Shown here piece by piece: positions 56,179-64,000 of a stretch of DNA of 64,000 bases (the first letter of the stretch is position 1; every line of letters starts with the position of its first letter). Source of the DNA: Mizuhopecten yessoensis. Its lineage: Eukaryota. A program made the translations under genes and the position numbers. The notes under the pieces were generated by a model, which had not been told where the DNA came from, did no database searches, and was given only the letters and a program-made list of their open reading frames with translations. The DNA lies in NCBI RefSeq assembly GCF_002113885.1, contig NW_018404269.1, forward strand, positions 744,028 to 808,027, given 5' to 3'.

Positions 56179-57466
56179 TTTTATTAGCTCACCTGGCACG
56201 AAGTGCCAAGTGAGCTTATGCCGTGGCGCGGCGTCCGTCCGGAGTCAATATTTTCCTTTAAACGACTTCTTCTTAATAACCGAAAGGCCTAGGGTGTCAA
56301 TATTTGGCCAGTAGCATGCTGAGATGAAGGGCTACAAAGTTTGTTCAAATGCATGACCTCCACCCATATTCAAGGTCACATGGGTCAAATATGTTAAAAA
56401 CTTTAAACAACTTCATCTGAATAACCAAATTGCACAGGGTGATGTTATTTGGCCAGTAGCATGCCGAGATGAAGGGCTACAAAGTTTGTTCAAATTAATG
56501 AGCTTTACTCATTTTCAAGGTCACAGGGGTCAAATATGTTAAAAACTTTAAACATCTTCTTCTCGATAACCAAACTGCCCAGGGAGATGATATTTGGCCA
56601 GTAGCATGCTTGAGTGAAGGGCTACCAAGTTTGTTCAAATGAATGATCTTCAATCATATTCAAGGTCACAGGGGTCAATTGTCTTAAAAAACCTTTAAAC
56701 AACTTCTTCTCAATAACCAAAATACCCAGGGTGATGTTATTTGGCCAGTAGCATGCTGAGGTGAAGGGCTACAAAGTTTGTTCAAATGAATGACCTTCTC
56801 CCATATTCAAGCTCACAGGGGTCAAATATGTTAAAAACTTTAAACAACTTCTTCTCAGTAACCAAAATGCCCAGGGTGATGATATTTGGCCTGTAGCATG
56901 CTAGGGTAAAGTGCTATCAAGTTNCCCAGGGTGATGATATTTAGTCAGTAGCATACTAGGATCAAGGGCTACCAAGTTTGTTTAAATGTATGACCTTGAA
57001 TCATATTCAAGGTCACAAGGAGCAAATATGTTCAAAATATTTAAACAACTTGTTCTGAATAACCAAAAGGCTCAGGATGTTGATATTTAGTCAGTAGCAT
57101 GCTGGGATCAAGGACTACTATGTTTGTTAAAGTGAATGACTTTGACTTATATTCAAGGTCACAGGAGTCAAATTTGTTAAAAATCTTTAAACAACCTCTT
57201 CTGAATAACCATGGGTCCCAGGATGTTGATACTTTGCAAATTGCATCCCGAGATGAAAGGCTATAAAATTTGTTCAACATAATGACTTTGTTCGACTTTC
57301 AATCACAGGGGTGGAATGTTTAAAAAAAAAAAAAAAGGTTTTTTTTGAATGAATTTTAATCATAAATACTGATATTTCGCTTGTAGCTTTATTTTTGATC
57401 ACTTTTAAGGTTACAAGTGTGAGATTTATACCAGGTGAGCGATGCAGACCCATTGGGCCTCTTGTT
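56179..57466 (+). mobile_element. Helentron/HINE-like element with ~146-bp internal tandem array (~7 units)
   Basis: TTATTAGCTCACCTGGCAC..GTGCCAAGTGAGCT start, CGTCCGTCC box, repeated TTTGGCCAGTAGCATGC..CAAGGTCACAGGGGTCAAA, 3' CAGGTGAGC..ACCCATTGGGCC..CTTGTT; single N at 56924. Confidence 0.85.
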
Positions 57467-58207
57467 AATTATACTTCTTTTTCTTATTCAGATAAACTTG
57501 CTTATTGCTGAATAAAATATTTTATCAATTTTTGTGTTAATATTTTCATATTGATCATCAAAAAGTGTATGGCAAACACTTGATTTTATATGAATTTCCA
57601 TTTCCTGAGATTTATGAAACACTCCTAAATCTCGTACGTACAACCACGATACCTATCGTGCACACACTATTATCACAGATTTCAATCGTGCACACACTGC
57701 ACATTTTGTAACGTTGTTTGATCCCACAGCTGTATCTATAAGGGAAACATCAAGGTACTGGTAAATAAAGATGATTTTATTTAAAACTTAACACATACAT
57801 GTCTTAAGTTGATAGAGAACAATACATTTTATAAGGTCTCAAATTTCACCACATGTGTTCAAATTGTATACACGTATGGCACCATGCTTGTTTTCAGTCC
57901 TGCTATTCTACAGGAATGAGATCAATGTTATTATTATGAGGTGTCGTGCACATTTCTCAATTCTGATTGGCTGATGGGTATAATAAGATTTTGTAACCTG
58001 ATAATATTTGATAACTGAAGTTTATTACTTCTGACTGCTGTAAAAGGTGGCACACTGAGTCCTTATACTTGCTAACAAATGAATTTAAATCTGTTTTTTT
58101 ACAGTAAATTGACACTTCACTAAAGTGATAACAACTTCAGTCCACAAAACATTAAGAACATTTAGAATAAATTAAAAGATGAAAAGTCATATAGATGAGG
58201 ACAAATG

Positions 58208-61200
58208 TTATTTGAGGACTGGGGGTGGCTCTATGTTGAGCTCCGTCCTGAGCTGATCTAGATCTTTCTCCCATTCCTTCTCCCAGTATACAGCCATTAG
58301 GAACTTGGCATCCCTTCCTGTCCGTATGGCCCAGGAAAGATACATTTCCAAATATTTCTTCTGGTGTCTGCAAAACATTCAAAACCCATTTTGAATCATG
58401 ATGCATTAAAACATAGCCACACTCTGGTAATACATAATTTTGGTTTTCTGACAAAGGATACACATGTAATGCTAACGAGATGCAAAAACTCATGAACAAT
58501 TATTGATGGATCTGATATGCTACATTGTTACATTACACACTTACAACACACGTTGACTTATTGCTTTATTATCTTTATTGTTGTGGCCGCGACAGTCAGG
58601 GCCATACCTTGAGTAGGCCCTCTTTGTAAGATCTCTCTTAAATTAAACAAATGTCCTTTTAACACAGTTCTAGAACACGAAAGCAAATCTACTTGCATAC
58701 AGCTTCTATAGAGTTACAATATCAAACACATAGCTCTAAAGTAAACCAATTGCTGTGCCCAGGCCTTCCCTGGCCTATCTCCTGAGGCTCGCATTTCGAA
58801 CCTCGAATCCCCGTCTTTTGGCTCTATCTATTATCAATCTATACAAAATTCATTATTCATGAGTAGGTCACACCTATTGTACATAAGTAATGAGGCACAT
58901 GCAGCAATTTAATCTTACTTCTAATCTAACTTCTAAGCTGACTTTCCCCTTCCAAAACAACAATACTAGATGTACCATATGGCAATGACGGTTACCCTGT
59001 CTGTTTTGGTGAGTTCTCACTCATGTTTCTATCTCTATGTCATGATTGACTGACCTCGTCGCCACTAGGTGGATAGCCCTATGGCACTATCTACAATTCC
59101 ACAATCCTTTGTCAATCAATGCACTGTGTTACCTAAATCGAAAGATTTGACCTTAAATGTACTAAATCGAAAGATTTGACCTCAAATGTACTTTTGACCA
59201 AAGTGCTGCTCTCTATTAATAACCACTACTATCTTACAAGTTATATGATGGTTCCACTCTTGATCATTAATTACAAATGTACCTAATTGACAGCCCATTT
59301 TGTTACAACATTTATGTACGCTGACAGTTTGTTTCAAATAAATGCTGTTGAATAAAAGGTCCTCAAACCATCACAATTTTAGTCATTTTGCCATTAAATA
59401 TATTAAACACCATAAATCTTTTTTCTTTCATGGGACTGTATACCGGTACCTCTTATAACAGCAAAGCTTACAATGAGCAAAGATCGGAAAACAAACACCT
59501 TACAGTAAAAGATAAACACCTGAACCCCCCTCCTCCTCCTCCCAAAAAAAACCCTAAAAACAAATCAATTGTACCTAGAGATGGATCAAACACACAATAC
59601 AGAACAATTGCTTACACAGGGCCAAGACGAAGGGGACCAAACACTGCCCCCAAGGCACACATAGGCAGTCCAGTCTGGAAGGCCTCCACCCACTTTACTG
59701 CAACCTCTCCTAGCATGTTAGGCTTCATGCCCAGCACAGCGTGGTACAGGTCGTGGGTTTGGCGGTAGCGCAGCATCACATACTTTAGGTCAGGGTCGTC
59801 AACAAATTGAATAGGCAGGCGAGAATCTGGGGAAAAGCCCTAACATAAAAATAAACAAACAATTGAATTTGTAAACAAAACTAACATGCAGAACAATGTT
59901 GGACCACCCTCTGCTATGGAGCATTCACTTTGACTCAATGTATAACAAGTGAGTTTGAATCCTCCAGTTAACGTATTTTTAAACTGAAAGTAAGCCAACA
60001 CTTTCACATTTAACACAATAAAACTTTTAACACATTCAACTAATGCTATATTGTGTAAAACCATCAAACTAAACGTATCACCATATAAACTTCACTTGGC
60101 ACACTAAATTATCAACACATAGTAACAATGTACTATATAATTCTCTTACATTTTTGCATAGGAATTTCCAGTACTCTTTTCCAAATGTGCCCTCAGGAAG
60201 ACTGCCCAGGTATTCTATAGACACTGTATTTGTGTTGATGACAGGCTGTTCCCTAGAAAAACGTACATAACGGTACATCATACAGAAACTGTAATTATCA
60301 TAAAGCAAAATACAAAATAAAGACTGTAAATACTTAAGTCACATATTCATTTTACGATATATATAGCTTTAACTTGATTTGTGAACATGTCCACTGATTG
60401 TTATTATCCCCTCACAATGAAAGTTTGATAGGATTCCGCCTGTATGTACGTACGTAACATGTTAACATTCTTTGACATCGCTCTAGTGACTTCATTCTTC
60501 AACGGAATTTCATGAAACTTGTTACCAGTGTTTGGTATGACAATACCTGAAACAAATTTGCATTTCCGGTTTCTACGTTGAAGGTCAAGGTCACTGCTAC
60601 TATTTTTAGAAAAACTTTTGTCATCGCTCTAGCGACGTTTATTCCGCAACGGAATTTCACGAAACTTCATACAAGTGTTTTGTACGGAAATGCCTTGAAC
60701 AAGTTTGCGTTTCAGGTTTCTACATTGAAGGTCAAGGTCACTGTGACCGATTTGGAAAAAAACTTTATTATCACTCTAGCAACTTCATTACAGAACAGAA
60801 TTCCATGAATCTTCATACAAGTATTTGTACGGCAAATTGCCTTGAACAAGTTTGCGTTTCAGGTTTCTATGTTATAGGTCAAGGTCACTATTACTTATTT
60901 TAGAAAAAAAACTTTGACATCGCTCTACCGACCTGATTCCTCAACAGAATTTCATGAAATTTGATACCAGTGGTTGGTATGACAATACCTTGAAAATTTT
61001 TGCTTTTCAGGGTACTACATTCAGGTCAAGGTCACTGTTGCTATTTTTAGAAAAACTTTGCTATCGCTCTGGCGACTTCATTTCCTCTTACATATGTCAC
61101 AATGTGTGAATGCGAGGGGATTTGTATCACTTGTGATGCTTTGTTGTTTCTTGTGATGCCTCGTTACCATTAAGATAAGATTTATTACACAAGCCTATTA

Positions 61201-62628
61201 ACAACAAAGCGACATGTCGTCCTTCACATCACAATACAGATCATGTACAATATATACATGTAGCTGGTTATTTTCGTGGCAATGATATTTTCACTATTTT
61301 GACTGCAAAAGTTTGATCTGTGCAGTTATATGACATGCTAAAAGTGACTTTGAATATAAACTGCAATGCAGTCTATTATTACTGCTATACTTGTAAGTTC
61401 ATGCTTAGCATTATACATTATTATAAACCTGCTCCCAAAAGATCCACCTCCAGGTCCATACTTGTTGTAACCAGTTTTTTTTATAAACGGTGTCCCATTA
61501 TTTGTACTAATATACAGTATATATTAGTGCAAACCTACTTTAAGATGAGGCTCCCCACAGGGTCTTCCTCCATCTTCTCCTTCATCTTCCTAATGGCCCA
61601 TGCGCCACTCACCTCACCAAGTGTGGCTACCATGTCTGAAAGCAAATTTATATCACAATAAAAGTATATATGCAACTTACATTTTTGTTGAACTGTCAAA
61701 CTGTTGTACTAGACTGCGATATAGACACCATATACATGGTACTTAACAGAAGTGTGAAAATGAATTAAAGCCCAAATACAAAAATCATGGTCAGTGTGTA
61801 GATTATGATTTGCTTTGCTGAGCAGTTTTCATGTGAAGAGTGCTACTGAACAGATTTGTTCAGAGCTCGACAAAGATTTGTATATTTAAAACTGATATTA
61901 TGCAGTAATCTATAAGGATTCTCGAGGATAAACGAAACTGACCATCACGTGCAGGGTTGTATAAACACATGGCAGCGGAACCCACAGTGAGGAGAACCTT
62001 TTGGAAGCTTGTAGTTTGGATATGTTCTGGATACAACTGCTCGCTTTCAACATCTTCAGGATGCAGTCCATCTGACTCTTCTAGGTCTATCCCTGTGTCA
62101 CATAAAACATGTCATATTAATTATTTGCTCTGGTACAACAAGCTAAATGTCAAGCTACATGTAATATTGAATAGTCCTTGAAATACTATACTATTGTAAC
62201 AGGAGCAAAAAAATGCATGCAACACTGGGGTTCAAACCTGGGACCCTCCAAACTCTTAGACAGACGCTCTAACCAATTGAGCTACCTGGTCGCCGATGAT
62301 CGACCCAGTCTAGTTCCACTACATTCCCAGGTCCAGATATCTCCTTGTCAAGCATTAAACTTGCACTTGAAACAAGGGTTGGTGATCACAGGCACCAAAT
62401 GTACAGTGTAACAGGAGTGGGAAAATGCATGGCAACACCCTCCAAACTCTAGATGAAGGCTCTACCAATTGAGCTACCTGGTCGCTGACAATCGAGCCAG
62501 TCTAGTTCTGCTACACTAATAAAGACTTTTTTTGAGATCCTTTTACATTATAAAGAGAGTTGTAAGTTACTGTTACTGTACGTGCTAGCTGCAATAGTAG
62601 AGTGGGTTCTGACGACGAGCCATTTCAT
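58208..62628 (-). CDS. COQ4: Ubiquinone biosynthesis protein COQ4, mitochondrial, 6 exons, ~261 aa
   Basis: Exons 62628-62577 (or -62571; least certain, [17 protein letters not shown] resembles a presequence), 62092-61943 ([26 protein letters not shown]), 61635-61539 (DMVATLGE), 60252-60150 ([10 protein letters not shown]), 59839-59616 ([38 protein letters not shown], HDxxH-x11-E metal motif), 58367-58208 (WAIRTG..YWEKEWE..LRTELNI). Confidence 0.94.
60399..61147 (+). mobile_element. Helentron/HINE-like element with 147-bp internal tandem array (~4 units)
   Basis: TTATTATCCCCTC start, (GTAC)n box, AGGTCAAGGTCACT recurring every 147 bp, 3' GAGGGGAT..ATCACTTGTGAT hairpin, TTGTT end. Confidence 0.8.
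62195..62515 (-). mobile_element. TRIM-like mini LTR retroelement with tRNA-derived LTRs (Helenus-like), copy 2
   Basis: Direct repeats 62195-62323 and ~62400/62407-62515; PBS-like TGGTGCCTGTGATC from 62397 on minus strand; flanks CTAT/CTAA; internal CTTGAAACAA..GGTTGG shared with copy 1. Confidence 0.78.
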
Positions 62629-62849
62629 ATTGCGTCAGAGCCGGTATTAATATTAGTTCTAGTTATGTGCCACTTTATGATCTTAAGCGAACATTGGTTT
62701 CTGGGTTTTTTATTGGTTTATAATAACTAGGATTAAATGGAACTTTGACTTTGCCAAAAAGGAAAAAGGAAAACTTAGTATAGAGCTCAATCGAAGGTAA
62801 CTACCTCGAAAAATGATGAAACATGAACTCAAATTTTTAAATTGAATTT

Positions 62850-63857
62850 GATCTGTATCTGTATGGTATACGGCGCAGATGATCCATATAAACTGGCGAG
62901 ATGCACCGGGGGGGGGGGGGGGNNNNNNNNNNNNNNNNNNNNNNNAGCTGTCTTGAAGCTCTCTACTGATGACGCGCACACAACCTCGTCACTTAGACTA
63001 TTCCAGTCTATTGCAGTTTTGATAAAGTATGAGTTTTTAAATGTTGGCGTTTTGTGGTTTGGAATGTCTAGTCCACGGCTGTCATTGGTTGCTCGCGTTT
63101 CTACAATATTGTCCGAAATGAAGTCCTGACATTTCCGCGGTTTAATTTGTCATCCTTTCCGAATGGGCTTAAATATGCTGTAAGGATCTATAGATGGAAC
63201 TAAGCCCTCAACCACTTTGTAACAAAAAGTTAATCTGGAGTTTCGTCTCCTCTTCTGAAATAGGGGAAGGTCCAAGTATTTTAACATTTTTGTCACACAC
63301 CCTTCCTCCCTTGTTTTATAATCGCCTGTGATGAACCTCGCACCTCTCCTTTGTTTTTTTTCAATCCTGTTGATATCCTTCTCTAAGTACAGATCCCACA
63401 CGATGGATCCATATTCCAGTACCGATCTTACCATGGCGATATATGCCACTTTCCTGCAAGATTTCGGACAGTGTTGGAGATTCCGTCTGAGGAATCCGAG
63501 TGTAGAGCTAGCCCTTGATGTCGATTTAGAAATTTGAGTAGTCCAACTTAAGTCTTCCGAAATTGTTAAACCAAGGGAGGGATTTTCTTAAACTTGTTGT
63601 AGAATTTGGTCGTCTAAAGTGTAAAATTTGTTGGATTTTTGTTTGGTACTCATGGTATAACAATTCTTGGCGTTGAACCTCATTCCCCACTTTTTAGCCC
63701 ATACCTTGAGATTGTCCAGGTCACGCTGTAGAATTTCATGGTCTTCCGCCGTTTTTATTTCCTGATACAACAAACAGTCATCCGCGAATAAACGAACAAG
63801 CGACAACACTGCGTCTGACAGATCGTTTATGTGACAGAGGAAGAGAAGTGGGCCCAA
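62850..63857 (-). mobile_element. 5'-truncated CR1/L2-group LINE (RT C-terminal half and 3' tail), spanning the assembly gap
   Basis: GPLLFLCHINDL..VRLFADDCLLY..LQRDLDNL..WGMRFNA; AYIAMVRSVLEYGSIVWD; frame break near 63585; 3' tail ATACAGATACAGAT at ~62865-62851 beyond the N run (62923-62945). Confidence 0.9.
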
Positions 63858-64000
63858 TCGACTTATCGAATTCTGTCTCTTTTTTCAAAAAGAGACAAAC
63901 GAAAAAAGACCTTAATATCTGACTAGCTCTTTTTATTTTTTAATAGGATTGAGATAGATACAGTTTCTCTGCAACATAAAAAATATCTAAAAAAAGGGGA

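Noticed and set aside
58152-58499. 115-aa minus-strand ORF
   Set aside because: Alternative frame overlapping the last COQ4 exon; the conserved COQ4 sequence is in another frame.
62710-63129. ORFs crossing the N gap
   Set aside because: Frame across the gap is undefined; the region is LINE 3' sequence.

Overview
AT-rich, intron-rich animal genomic DNA; the repeat content looks molluscan/bivalve (inference, not proven). I reconstructed four protein-coding genes by hand, checking GT-AG boundaries and codon phase exon by exon: CTBS di-N-acetylchitobiase (+, 7 exons, 2942-8875), DHX16/Prp2 DEAH splicing helicase (-, 17 exons, 27082-11013, ~1038 aa), GPCPD1/GDE5 glycerophosphocholine phosphodiesterase (+, 17 coding exons, 32386-46772, ~621 aa) and COQ4 (-, 6 exons, 62628-58208, ~261 aa). 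A possible first exon of a fifth gene lies at 882-826 (-). Introns and spacers hold decayed LINE fragments, tRNA-derived SINEs, several MITE families, Helentron/HINE-like elements carrying internal tandem repeats, and at least seven minisatellite arrays. Most short ORFs in the track are artefacts of these repeats. Main observations: (1) five independent tandem arrays are amplified copies of the neighbouring exon-intron junction and create rows of decoy splice sites, four of them in the spliceosomal helicase gene DHX16; (2) CTBS exon 1 has its signal peptide out of frame with the rest of an otherwise intact gene, and a cryptic 67-nt intron would restore the frame while deleting the signal peptide; (3) two copies of a tiny LTR element (TRIM) have LTRs built from a tRNA-like Pol III promoter, with PBS-like site, PPT and 4-bp target-site duplication (TSD). 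No databases or programs were run.
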